A stretch of DNA of 64,000 bases from the NCBI GenBank assembly GCA_963794665.1, contig CAWCEW010000015.1:82618-146617 (forward strand), in the 5' to 3' direction. The stretch is from an uncultured Alphaproteobacteria bacterium (lineage in GTDB: Bacteria > Pseudomonadota > Alphaproteobacteria > Rhizobiales > Xanthobacteraceae). The notes beneath the pieces are model-generated. The model saw only the letters and a program-made list of their open reading frames with translations, was not told the origin of the DNA and did not search any database. Below are positions 35,560 to 46,018 of this stretch, one piece after another (the stretch's first letter is position 1; each line of letters opens with the position of its first letter). Both the position numbers and the translations under genes were made by a program.

Positions 35560-36012
35560 ATGACCGAGATCTTGTTTTACCATCTGCAAGGACAGAAACT
35601 TGAAAGCGTATTGCCGGCACTGCTCGAGAAGTCCCTGGAGCGAGGCTGGAAAGTTGTGGTGCAGGGTTCGACCGAGGAGCGTATCGAAGCGCTTGATGCC
35701 CACCTGTGGACTTATCGCGACGATGGCTTTCTCCCGCACGGCACGTGGCGCGAATCCGCGGCTACACAGCAACCGGTGTTGCTCACCCCCAATGACGATA
35801 ATCCAAATGGCGCGACCGTACGCTTCCTGGTCGACCGCGCACCGCTTCCCGCTGACGTCGAACGATACCAGCGGATCGTGCTGTTGTTCGATGGCGAGGA
35901 CGACGAAGCAGTGGCTGCCGCACGTTCGCACTGGTCTGACGTCCGGGCGAAAGGTTTCGAGGCAACCTATTGGCAGGCGGACGAACAGGGACGCTGGGCG
36001 AAAAAAAGCTGA
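35560..36012 (+). CDS. holC: DNA polymerase III chi subunit
   Basis: FYHL, LDAHLWTY..FLPHG, AAARSHW. Follows pepA. Confidence 0.94.
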   Translation: MTEILFYHLQGQKLESVLPALLEKSLERGWKVVVQGSTEERIEALDAHLWTYRDDGFLPHGTWRESAATQQPVLLTPNDDNPNGATVRFLVDRAPLPADVERYQRIVLLFDGEDDEAVAAARSHWSDVRAKGFEATYWQADEQGRWAKKS

Positions 36013-36183
36013 AGGAATGCGATCACCCCGGAGTTCCGGGCGAGGGGCCATCGGCCAATGCACCATCGGCCAGTGGCCGATGCCTCGGTAACCCTTTGGA
36101 CGACACGGACTTGCAGCGCGCCATTGTGATGACGCAAAATACGTTTTAAGGGACAAGCAGATAGGTCATCCGGGGTCGGAAGT

Positions 36184-36900
36184 TTGTTGCGTCACCGTAC
36201 TTTCCTCAGTTTTGCGCTGATCTGCAGTGCCACACTCGTCGTCGGCGGCTGCAAGAACGCAGCGGGCGTTTTTCAGGATCAAAACGAAGGCGGACTTTTC
36301 AAGTCGGCGGATATCTTCGCTAAGCCGGACTGGGCCAAACCCAATACGGCAAGAGTCAGCTTAGGTCCGCAAGGTCCGGTTGGCGCGGAAGACCTTGTGG
36401 GTGCCGATGGCGGGTGCGCGCCGCCGACTGCGGCGGCCGCGCAGGCAGCGGAGCCCGCGCCGGCCCAATCTGCCGCGCCTGCCGGTGATGACCGCGAAGT
36501 CGGCTCGGGCGCCGGCGATCTTGCCGGTTCTGCGACGCCGGCGCCTACGCGCACTTCGGCTGGTGCTGACCCAAGCCTTCAGAAGCTTGAGCCGACGGTG
36601 CCACAGGTTGCTGGCGGCATCGCGCTTGGCATGACGGAATGCCAGACAGTTCAACGGGCGGGCGTTCCAACGAACGTAGCGATCAGCGCCGGCGATAAAG
36701 GCGAGCGCAGGGCAGTTCTGACTTTTCTCAGTGGGCCTTGGCCAGGAATTTACACGTTTGCTGACGGCAGGCTGAAGGTTATTGACCGCGCGCCTGAACA
36801 GCCAAAGCCTGCGGCCGCTCCGTCCAAGAAGACGCCAAAGAAAAAAACCGGCGCGCCAAAGACCACAAGCCAGAATTTTGAGCGGAGCTACGTCCAGTAA
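36184..36900 (+). CDS. Hypothetical lipoprotein
   Basis: Lipobox VGG-C, Ala/Pro linker, compact domain GIALGMTEC..G.P..GIYTFADGRL, Lys-rich tail. Confidence 0.75.
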   Translation: MLRHRTFLSFALICSATLVVGGCKNAAGVFQDQNEGGLFKSADIFAKPDWAKPNTARVSLGPQGPVGAEDLVGADGGCAPPTAAAAQAAEPAPAQSAAPAGDDREVGSGAGDLAGSATPAPTRTSAGADPSLQKLEPTVPQVAGGIALGMTECQTVQRAGVPTNVAISAGDKGERRAVLTFLSGPWPGIYTFADGRLKVIDRAPEQPKPAAAPSKKTPKKKTGAPKTTSQNFERSYVQ

Positions 36901-36904
36901 AGGC

Positions 36905-37435
36905 CTATCGGCCGATTGTCCGCAGCGCGCCTTCGCCGGTCTCGCGTTGATAGATGATCAAATCAAAACTTGGCGTTTTGTCATTGCCCAGAATCCGGCT
37001 GACCAGTGCATGGGCCTGGCCACGATGATGGGTCTGATGATTGAAGAAATGGTCGAGCGCCGGTGCGAGTATTTGTTCGATGTCCTGCGGATTGACAAAG
37101 GTCCGATATCGGATGGGTTTTGAAAGATCACTCTCATTCAGACTTCCGACGTAGTTGCGGATCCGAGCGTCTTCAGAGCGACGCGCTTGGCGCAACAGGA
37201 CGAAATCATCGTATAGGATGGCATCAAGACCCGGCGGGACCTCGCCTTGAGCGGTAAAACGCCGCATCCAGATGCGGTCACCCACAAGCAAATGGTTGAG
37301 GGTGCCGTGGAGTGACCGGAAATAAGCACCTCGATCGGCTCGGTATTCGGGGTCGGGAATCTGGGCGGCGGCCTCGTAGAGACGCTCATTGCACCAGGCA
37401 TTGTATCCGGCGAACATCCGGTAGCGGGCCAGCAT
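36905..37435 (-). CDS. DinB/YfiT family protein
   Basis: YNAWCN, SLHGTLNHLL, HFFNHQTHHRGQ. Confidence 0.92.
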   Translation of the reverse strand: MLARYRMFAGYNAWCNERLYEAAAQIPDPEYRADRGAYFRSLHGTLNHLLVGDRIWMRRFTAQGEVPPGLDAILYDDFVLLRQARRSEDARIRNYVGSLNESDLSKPIRYRTFVNPQDIEQILAPALDHFFNHQTHHRGQAHALVSRILGNDKTPSFDLIIYQRETGEGALRTIGR

Positions 37436-37478
37436 TTCCTGTCTCCTGCGCGACGTTTCTCGTCAATGGGGGCCGATC

Positions 37479-37507
37479 TTGCCGCCTGAAATGCCCCCCG
37501 GTATAAG
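37479..37507 (+). promoter_or_regulatory. Putative sigma70 promoter of ndk
   Basis: TTGCCG-N17-TATAAG about 70 nt upstream of the ndk ATG. Confidence 0.6.
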
Positions 37508-37575
37508 CCGCGCCATCCGGTCTCGCCAATGAAACCCCTTAAACTCATCGATCAGTTCCAGTGAAGGACAGTAGA

Positions 37576-37998
37576 ATGGCTGTAGAGCGTACTTTTTCGA
37601 TTCTGAAGCCCGATGCGACCGAACGCAATTTGACCGGCGCGATCAACGCCATCATCGAAAAGGCCGGCTTGCGAATTGTGGCCCAGAAACGCGTGCGCAT
37701 TTCGCGCGAGCAGGCGGAGAAATTCTATGCGGTGCATCGCGAACGGCCGTTTTTTCGCGAACTGGTCGAATTCATGATCTCGGGTCCCGTCGTTGTGCAG
37801 GTTCTTGAAGGCGAGAATGCGATTGCTCGATATCGTGAGGTCATGGGAGCCACGGATCCTGCAAAGGCGGCTGACGGGACGATCCGCAAAGTCCATGCCA
37901 GGTCAATCGGAGAAAACTCCGTTCACGGCTCCGATGCGCCTGACACCGCGGTGCGGGAAATTGCGCAGTTTTTTTCGGTCAACGAAATCGTCGGATAG
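37576..37998 (+). CDS. ndk: Nucleoside diphosphate kinase
   Basis: [29 protein letters not shown]. Confidence 0.99.
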   Translation: MAVERTFSILKPDATERNLTGAINAIIEKAGLRIVAQKRVRISREQAEKFYAVHRERPFFRELVEFMISGPVVVQVLEGENAIARYREVMGATDPAKAADGTIRKVHARSIGENSVHGSDAPDTAVREIAQFFSVNEIVG

Positions 37999-38109
37999 AG
38001 GCAGCGCGTAGATTCGGAAATCGCAAGGGCGATACTTGCCCTTGCCGGGCGTCTAGACAAACCGCGAGCATCAGAACGCGGTACAGGGGAGGAGAGGCAA
38101 GTGGGTTCG

Positions 38110-38869
38110 ATGGCACAACTCATGGATCCGGCCGAGCTGGTGGGCGCTGGTCAGCTCCGGCTGGAATGACATAGGCCATACCGAGTTCTGGATCGCGCTC
38201 GCCAAGATCATGTGGATCAACATCCTGCTGTCGGGCGACAACGCGGTCGTCATCGCGATGGCGTGCCGCGGACTTCCACACCGCCAGCGGGTATGGGGCA
38301 TGATCCTCGGCGCGGGCGTCGCGGTCGGATTGCGGATCATTTTTACCGGCGTCGTCGCATCATTGATGCTTTTGCCTTATCTCAAAATCGTGGGTGGCCT
38401 TGCTCTGTTCTACATCGCGGCAAAGCTTCTCGTTCCGGAGGATCCGGACGAGAACGAGGCCGAAGCGGCCGAGCATCTCTGGCGTGCTGTCCGGATCGTT
38501 GCGATCGCCGATATCATCATGAGCCTTGATAACGTGATTGCGATCGCGGCTGCGGCAGGCGGCAACATGGCGCTGCTCGTGATCGGCCTCGGCATCAGCA
38601 TTCCCTTGATCGTCGCCGGAGCCGCTTTGATCATGTCACTGCTGGATAGATTCCCGATCCTGGTGTGGGCCGGTGCCGCTTTGCTCGGATGGATTGTGGG
38701 CGAAGTCATCGCGACCGATCCAGTGATCGCGAACTGGCTGACTAGCCAGTACGGAGCGGTGACGGCGCACAGGGTCGAAATCGGTGCTGCCGCAGTGGGT
38801 GCCGCGATGGTGCTTCTGGTTGGCGGCCTCTGGCGGCGGTCAAAGCTTCAGCCCGAGAGCGAAACTTAG
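38110..38869 (+). CDS. TerC family (YjbE-like) membrane protein (frameshift near N-terminus)
   Basis: LSGDNAVVIA, ADIIMSLDNVIAIA, GISIPLI. Confidence 0.92.
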
Positions 38870-38903
38870 CTCGTTCAGGCCAATCGGCTATACTGGGAGC
38901 GCG

Positions 38904-41014
38904 ATGAATCAAGCGGTGCGGCTCCCAAAGGCGACGCGGATAGGCCATTCGGCCTGTCCGCATGACTGCCCGTCGACCTGTGCGTTGGAGGTCGAGCTTC
39001 TCGACGAGCGCACGATCGGGCGCGTGCACGGCGCGAAGGACAACGACTACACGGCCGGTGTTATCTGCGCCAAGGTCGCGCGCTACGCCGAACGGGAGCA
39101 TCACGCCGAGCGCCTACGACACCCGCTGCGGCGCATCGGCGCCAAGGGCTCCGGAAAATTCGAACGCATATCGTGGGACGATGCGCTCGATCTCGTGGCC
39201 GAAAATTTCATCAAGGCCGAGCGCCGTTATGGCGCGGAAAGCGTCTGGCCCTACTACTACGCCGGGACGATGGGTCTGGTGATGCGCGACGGCATCAATC
39301 GTCTGCGCCACGTGAAGAGGTATTCCGGATTTCACTCGACGATCTGCGTCAATCCTGCTTATGCGGGCTATGCCGCCGGAATTGGACGCATCGCTGGCGT
39401 CGATCCCCGTGAGATGGCGAAGTCCGATTTGGTGATCATCTGGGGCACCAACGCGGTAAACACGCAGGTCAATGTCATGACCCATGCCGTGCGCGCTCGA
39501 AAGGAGCGAGGCGCAAAAATCGCGGCTGTCGACATCTACATGAATGGAACCATGGAGCAGGCCGATCTGCCCGTGCTCATCAAGCCGGGCACCGACGGGG
39601 CACTCGCTTGTGCGGTGATGCATTGCCTGTTTCGCGACGGAAAAGCCGACTGGAATTACCTCGAAAAATATACCGATGTTCCGCGCGAGCTTGAGGCGCA
39701 TTTGCGCTCGCGCGATCCGCAGTGGGCGGCTGCGATCACCGGAGCGCCAGTCGATACCATCGAGGAATTCGCACGCCTGATCGGCGAAACCAAGCGCGCG
39801 TTTTTCCGCCTTGGTTATGGCTTTTCGCGCTCGCGCAACGGCCCCGTAAACATGCACGCAGCGAGTTGCATTCCGGCAGTGACCGGCGCCTGGCAATACG
39901 AGGGCGGTGGCGCCTTCCATATAAGCGCCGACATTTTCCAGCTCGACAAGACCGTGATCGAAGGTCTCGACGTCTGGGATCGCTCGGTGCGGATGCTCGA
40001 TCAATCTCGCATCGGAGCAATCCTGACCGGCGAGCGTGAGGCGTTGCATGGCGGCGCGCCGGTCACCGCGATGATCATCCAGAACACCAATCCGGTATCC
40101 GTATGTCCCGATCAGTCACTGGTGAAGCGCGGGTTTGCGCGCGAGGATCTCTTCGTCTGCGTGCACGAGCAGTTCATGACGGAGACTGCGCAAGTCGCTG
40201 ACGTCGTGCTGCCGGCAACCACGTTTCTCGAGCACGATGATATCTACCGGGGCGGTGGGCATCAGTACCTCATTCTTGGACCAAAACTGGTCGAGCCGCC
40301 AGGCGAGTGCCGCAGCAATCACGAAGTGATCTGCGGACTGGCGCAGCGGCTTGGTGCTGAGCATCGGGGGTTCACGATGAGTCCACGCGAACTCATCGAT
40401 CAGATGCTGCAGGTATCGAAACGGGGCACGCTTGCCGAGATCGAGGCCAACAAGTGGATTGACTGCCAGCCGCCCTTCCGGGAATCGCACTTTCTTGATG
40501 GCTTTCCCTGGCCGGACGGCAAATTCAGGTTCAAACCGGACTGGCCGAACGTTCCGTTCCGCAGCCCTTACAAGAGCGGTCCGGTTGCGGACATGCCGAC
40601 GCTGCCCGACTATTGGACGTCGATCGAAGTTGCGGATGTCGAGCATCCATTCCGGCTGGCGACGTCGCCGGCGCGCGGATTCCTCAATTCGACCTTCAAC
40701 GAGACGCCGACGTCGCTGCGCGCAGGAAAGCCGGCCGACCGTGATGATCCACCCCGACGACGCTGCGGCGCTCGGGATCTCCAGCGGGCGACTACGTCGT
40801 TCTCGGCAACAAGCGGGGCGAAGTGCGCCTGCATGCGCGTGTGTTTGACGGCGTGCGGCAAGGGGTTTTGATTGCGGAATCGATCTGGCCGAACGCCGCC
40901 TATGTCGACGGTTGCGGCATCAATACGCTCGTCGGCGCGGATTCAATCGCGCCTTACGGCGGCGCCGCGGTGCACGACAACAAGGTCTGGATACGCAAAG
41001 CGCGCGCGGGCTAG
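38904..41014 (+). CDS. Molybdopterin-dependent oxidoreductase with N-terminal [4Fe-4S] motif (frameshifts near 40725-40790)
   Basis: CPHDCPSTC..ICAK, ISWDDA, IWGTN, PGTD, TETAQVADVVLPA, LNSTF, IHPDDA. No Tat signal. Confidence 0.92.
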
Positions 41015-41030
41015 TGCCGCGCGCGCCTTT
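40997..41030. terminator. Putative bidirectional terminator between convergent genes
   Basis: AAA-GCGCGCGCGG-N7-CCGCGCGCGC-CTTT. Confidence 0.55.
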
Positions 41031-41045
41031 AATGCTGCTGTTCTC

Positions 41046-41501
41046 TTAGAGTTCCTTGCCGATCTTGGCGTCGACCGAATAGGGTCCGCCGCCGCGCATG
41101 GCGATCGCGAGCAAAACGACGCCGATCAAGAGGACATATTCGTAGCCGCCCGCTCCGACGGAATACCCCTTCGGCAAATGTGCAACGATCAGCGCGATAC
41201 CTATTTCGACTGCGAGTGCCGCGGCCCAGAAGCGCGTGAACAGCCCGATGATCAGGCAGACGCCGCCGATCAACTCCATACCCATTGCCGCATAGGCAAA
41301 CAGGCCGGGCATCGGCAGGCCGTAATTATTGCCGAAGGCGGTGGCGATACGGGCGTGGCCAGCGTTGAATTTGCCCCAGACGTGCACCAAGAACATAATG
41401 CCGACGACCACGCGAACCAGCGTGGCCGCGACCGGCAGCATCGATGCATAAAATCCGGCGAGCCCGGGAAAAATCAGTTTTGTTTCGTTACTTCGGTTCA
41501 C
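41046..41501 (-). CDS. DoxX family membrane protein
   Basis: RVVVGIMFLVH..K, ELIGG..IIGLFTR, GGYEY, GGGPYSVD. Confidence 0.92.
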   Translation of the reverse strand: MNRSNETKLIFPGLAGFYASMLPVAATLVRVVVGIMFLVHVWGKFNAGHARIATAFGNNYGLPMPGLFAYAAMGMELIGGVCLIIGLFTRFWAAALAVEIGIALIVAHLPKGYSVGAGGYEYVLLIGVVLLAIAMRGGGPYSVDAKIGKEL

Positions 41502-41644
41502 GTCGTCCCCCCTTCGTTTCTTGGGCCTTTTCGCCGTCCGGCTGAGCGGCACATAATTATACGAAAGTCTATAACCCCGCGGCCAGCAAGGTATTCCGCG
41601 GCGGGGGCACAATTGCGTGAGCGGTGGAAAAGCTGCCGGGCGTC

Positions 41645-42298
41645 TTACGCTTCGGGGGCAAAAAAAGCGCCGTCCGGCATGGTGACGCCGTCGATCTGGC
41701 ACCGGCCAGGCACAATTCGCACGCGGCCTTCGGCAACTAGTTTGAGCGCCAACGAATAGATCTGGTGTTCGACCTGGATCACCCGGGCGGCGAGCGTCTC
41801 CTCGGTGTCGTCATCCTGCACTGCAACAGCGGCCTGCGCCACGATCGGCCCGGAATCCATCTCCGGCACCACGAAATGCACGGTCGCGCCGTGCAGCTTC
41901 ACGCCGGCCTCCAGGGCGCGCTTGTGGGTCTCGAGACCTTTGAACGACGGCAGGAGGGCGGGGTGGATGTTGAGCATGCGCCCTTCCCAGCCGCCGACGA
42001 AGCCGGCGGTGAGCAGGCGCATGAAGCCGGCGAGGCAGACGATCTCGACGCGGTGCTTTTCCAGCGCCGCCTGCAACGCGCGTTCGAAAGCGCGCCGGTC
42101 TTTCCCGGAGGCGGCGTGGTCGACGACCTCCGTGGCTATTCCATTGGCGCGTGCGACCGTGAGGCCGCCCGCATCCGGACGATTTGAAATCACCGCCACG
42201 ATTTCGGCAGGATAGGTCTTGTCCTTCGCGGCTTCGATGAGGGCAGCCATGTTGGAGCCGCGGCCGGAGATGAGGACTGCGACCCGCTTGCGGTTCAT
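41645..42298 (-). CDS. purN: Phosphoribosylglycinamide formyltransferase
   Basis: ISGRGSN, LAGFMR, NIHPALLP, GATVHFV..MDSGP. Confidence 0.98.
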   Translation of the reverse strand: MNRKRVAVLISGRGSNMAALIEAAKDKTYPAEIVAVISNRPDAGGLTVARANGIATEVVDHAASGKDRRAFERALQAALEKHRVEIVCLAGFMRLLTAGFVGGWEGRMLNIHPALLPSFKGLETHKRALEAGVKLHGATVHFVVPEMDSGPIVAQAAVAVQDDDTEETLAARVIQVEHQIYSLALKLVAEGRVRIVPGRCQIDGVTMPDGAFFAPEA

Positions 42299-42301
42299 GT
42301 C

Positions 42302-43373
42302 TCACCCAAGATTGAGCTTGCCGTCATAGACGACGCGTTCGCCGTCTGAGGTCTTGCCGACATTTCCAAGCGCCACGACATTTTCCCCCGAGCTCGTAAA
42401 TGCCTGCATGACGGCATCTGAGTCCTTTTGCGGATACGATGGCGATCATTCCGATGCCGCAATTGAACGTGCGCAGCATTTCGTTCTGCGCAATTCCGCC
42501 TGCGTCAGCGAGCCACTTGAAGACCGGAAGAACAGGCACGGCTGCGAGATTGATGCGCGCGCCAAGACCTTTTGGCAGCACCCGTGGAATGTTGTCGGGG
42601 AATCCGCCGCCGGTGATATGCGCGAGTCCCTTCACTGCTTTTGTGCTCCGTATCGCGGCCAGACATGATTTCACGTAAATCCGGGTCGGAGCCAGAATTG
42701 ATTCACCCAGACTTTTTCCAGTCATGAATGGTGCCGGAGTGCTCCAGCTGAGCCCGCTTTTTTCAACGACCTTGCGGACCAGCGAGTAACCGTTGGAATG
42801 CACACCGGAAGACGCCAGGCCGATGATGACATCACCTTCTGCGACGTCGATGCGCGGAAGCACGGCATCCCGTTCGACTGCGCCGACAGCGAAACCCGCT
42901 AGGTCGTAATCATCACCGCTATACACGCCCGGCATTTCCGCCGTTTCGCCGCCGATCAGGGCGCAGCCGGCCTCGCGACAACCGATGCTGATACCTGCGA
43001 CAATGGCCGCGCCAAGCTCGGGCTCAAGCTTTCCGCAGGCGTAGTAGTCGAGAAAGAACAGAGGCTCTGCACCCTGCACGACCAGGTCGTTCACGCTCAT
43101 TGCAACCAGATCAATACCGATCGTGTCGTGCCGGCCGGTTTCAACGGCAACTTTGAGTTTCGTGCCGACGCCGTCCGTTGCTGCGACAAGAACAGGATCC
43201 CGGTAGCCGGCCTGCTTAAGATCGAAAATTCCGCCAAAACCGCCGATCTCGGCGTCGGCGCCAGGCCGGGCCGTTGCCCGCACCAGGGGCTTGATCAAAT
43301 CAACCATCCGGTTGCCGGCGTCGATATCAACACCGGCCTGCGCGTAAGTGAGTCCGCGCCGATTTTCTGCCAT
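42302..43373 (-). CDS. purM: AIR synthase (frameshift near C-terminus)
   Basis: [44 protein letters not shown]. Confidence 0.98.
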
Positions 43374-43567
43374 GATCGCCCTCGCAAACGCACGATCCGG
43401 GACGCCCGGAATTCCGAAAAAAGATCATGCGTAGGCAAAATGTTACGCCGGGGTCCTACGTTGGAATCGGAAGTCGCGCAATGGTCCAGGCGCCGTTATA
43501 CTCTGCCCGAGGGGTTGACGCTGTTCCGGCACCTGACGCCGGGGTGCGCGCGCGAGCCGGGATTGCC

Positions 43568-44119
43568 TTGAGTATTCCTAATCTCATTACGTTGGGACGC
43601 ATTTTGCTGGTGCCGGTCGTGGTTTGGGCGATCGCGTCCGGCGAGCAATACATCTGGATCGCATTCGTGCTGTTTCTGGCGGCGGGGGTGAGCGACGCGG
43701 TCGATGGATATCTCGCAAAACGATTCCAGATGACCACCGAGCTCGGTGCCTATCTCGATCCGCTTGCTGACAAGGCGCTGATCGTTTCGATTTATCTGAC
43801 GTTGGGCATCAAAGGTTTGATTCCCGGCTGGCTGGTTATCCTGGTTGTGTCGCGGGACATCATGATCGTGGGCGCAGTCATGCTGTCTTGGCTGGTTGGG
43901 ATACCCATCAAGGTCAAACCGTTGCTGGTATCCAAGCTCAACACGGTTGCGCAGATTGTATTTGCTTGCGTCGTGCTCGGCACGGTTGGCTTCAGTTATT
44001 CGTTGCCGACACTCACATCGGTGCTCATGGCCCTTGTCGCCACGCTGACATTGCTGTCGGTTGCCGCCTACGTGGCTGAATGGGTGCGCCACATCAATTC
44101 GACGGCGTCAAAACCTTGA
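43568..44119 (+). CDS. CDP-alcohol phosphatidyltransferase family protein
   Basis: IPNLITLGR, DAVDGYLAK..GAYLDPLADK. Confidence 0.93.
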   Translation: MSIPNLITLGRILLVPVVVWAIASGEQYIWIAFVLFLAAGVSDAVDGYLAKRFQMTTELGAYLDPLADKALIVSIYLTLGIKGLIPGWLVILVVSRDIMIVGAVMLSWLVGIPIKVKPLLVSKLNTVAQIVFACVVLGTVGFSYSLPTLTSVLMALVATLTLLSVAAYVAEWVRHINSTASKP

Positions 44120-45234
44120 GTCCGCGCGCGCCATCACGGTCACGCCGAAAGCCCGCACTCGACCGCAGCGTGGTGGAGCGTCACATCGTGTTTTGGTTGG
44201 CTGTGGTTGTGCTCGTCGTGCTGGCGCTGTGGCTGCTGAGCGAAATACTGCTTCCCTTTGTTGCCGGCCTGGCGATTGCATATCTGCTGACACCACTAAC
44301 GGACCGGCTTGAGCGCTTCGGTATCAATCGGCTGGCGGCAGCCTTGCTGATCATCGCCTTTGTTGTGCTTGCGCTGGTCTACCTCATCTTGCTTGTCGCG
44401 CCGATTGTAGGCGCGCAGCTGTCCTCCTTTATCGACAGCGTGCCGGGCAACGTCACAAGATTACAGACGCTTCTGGGCGACCCGAGCAGGCCTTGGCTGC
44501 AGAAACTGCTTGGCGCCGGCTTCAGCGCCGACAAATCGATCGGCGATTTGGTGACGCAAGGTGTCGGCTGGCTGACGGCGTTTCTTGCGCTCGTTGTGGT
44601 CCGGCGGACGTGCGCTCGTCTCGTTGTTCTCGCTTGTCGTAGTGACGCCGGTCGTCGCCTTCTATCTTGATCTACGACTGGCACCGCATGATCCGCAGCG
44701 TCGATAGCTGGATTCCGATCCAGCATCGCGACACGGTGCGCGAACTTGCCCGCGAAGTTGATGCTGCGATTGCCGGCTTCCTGCGCGGGCCAGACCGCGG
44801 TGTGCCTTATCCTCGGCTCATTTTACGCGGTCGCGCTCACTCTCACCGGGCTCAATTTCGGCCTGCTCATCGGCCTCATTTCCGGCCTCATCACATTTAT
44901 CCCGTATGTCGGATCCATGACGGGTCTCGTGCTGTCGCTTGGCGTGGCGGTCGCGCAGTTCTGGCCGGCCTACGGATCGATCCTGATCGTGCTCGGCATT
45001 TTCCTCGTCGGCCAATTTGTCGAAGGTAACGTGCTTGCGCCCAAACTGGTCGGCGAAAGCGTTGGAATTCATCCGGTCTGGCTGATTTTTGCGCTGCTTG
45101 CTTTCGGTTATCTTTTCGGCTTCGTCGGGTTGCTGGTCGCCGTCCCGCTTGCGGCTACAATTGGCGTGCTCACTCGCTTTGCGCTACGCCACTATCTGCA
45201 AAGCTCGCTTTATACCGGGGAAAAGGCGGATTGA
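44116..45234 (+). CDS. AI-2E/PerM family transporter (frameshifted)
   Basis: LLPFVAG..AYLL.P, FIPYVG, EGNVLAPKLVG..IHPVW, GLLVAVP. Confidence 0.92.
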
Positions 45235-45239
45235 CGGGA

Positions 45240-45917
45240 ATGGACAGTTCGGTTGCCCCGCGCCAGCTTTTGCTGGCGCTTGATCACTCCGTAAGCTTCT
45301 CGCGCGAAGACTTCTTGCAAGGTCCGCCGAATTCGGCGGCATTCAATCTGGTCGAACGTTGGCCGGATTGGCCGGATCGCATTGTCGCGTTGGTCGGTCC
45401 GCAGGGTTCGGGCAAGAGTCATCTCGCGGCGATCTGGGCGGAGGCAACCGGCGCGCGCGTGCTGTCCGCCAAATTGCTGCCGCATACCGAACTGCCCACC
45501 GCCTTTGCGACTGGGGCGCTGGTGCTCGAAGATCTCGAGTTTGAAAGTCTCGATGAGCGCGCGCTCTTTCATTTCCTCAATCTTGCGCGCGAGCAGGCTG
45601 CCTACGTTCTCATCACATCACGATCGCCGCTCACGACGTTTCCCGTAGTCATTCGCGATCTGGCGTCCCGCATGCGCGCAGTGCCAATGGTGGCGCTGGC
45701 TGCACCCGATGACGCACTTCTAAGGGCGCTCATCGTCAAGCTTGCGCTCGACCGGCAGATAGCAGTCGATGAAGCGCTCGTCAGTTTTATCGCCAACCGC
45801 ATCGAGCGGTCGTTTGCCGCGGCCCATTACGCCGTCCAGCGCCTGGATGAGGAAGCGATGCGTCAGCACCGGCCGGTAACCCGGGCTTTGGCTGTAGAGC
45901 TGTTTCGCGTTCCTTAA
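45240..45917 (+). CDS. hdaA: DnaA regulatory inactivator HdaA
   Basis: N-terminal clamp-binding QLLLAL, GPQGSGKSHL, LFHFLN, DLASR, ERS. Confidence 0.88.
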   Translation: MDSSVAPRQLLLALDHSVSFSREDFLQGPPNSAAFNLVERWPDWPDRIVALVGPQGSGKSHLAAIWAEATGARVLSAKLLPHTELPTAFATGALVLEDLEFESLDERALFHFLNLAREQAAYVLITSRSPLTTFPVVIRDLASRMRAVPMVALAAPDDALLRALIVKLALDRQIAVDEALVSFIANRIERSFAAAHYAVQRLDEEAMRQHRPVTRALAVELFRVP

Positions 45918-46018
45918 CTTAGGTTTGTGAAGCTTGACCGAAGGCCCTTCGCGGCATGAACTGTCATGCAGCGGCCTTTTTTTGTGGCTAATGCTTTGTT
46001 TTTCGAGGCCTTTTCCAA

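Noticed and set aside
36041-36088. CCATCGGCCA direct repeat plus inverted copy after holC
   Set aside because: Only two copies with no spacer periodicity, so not CRISPR. Probably a simple hairpin or a local read artefact.
38000-38110. yybP-ykoY (Mn) riboswitch upstream of the TerC gene
   Set aside because: Only a simple hairpin (GCAAGGGC/GCCCTTGC, 38023-38045) is present. The conserved riboswitch core is not recognisable.
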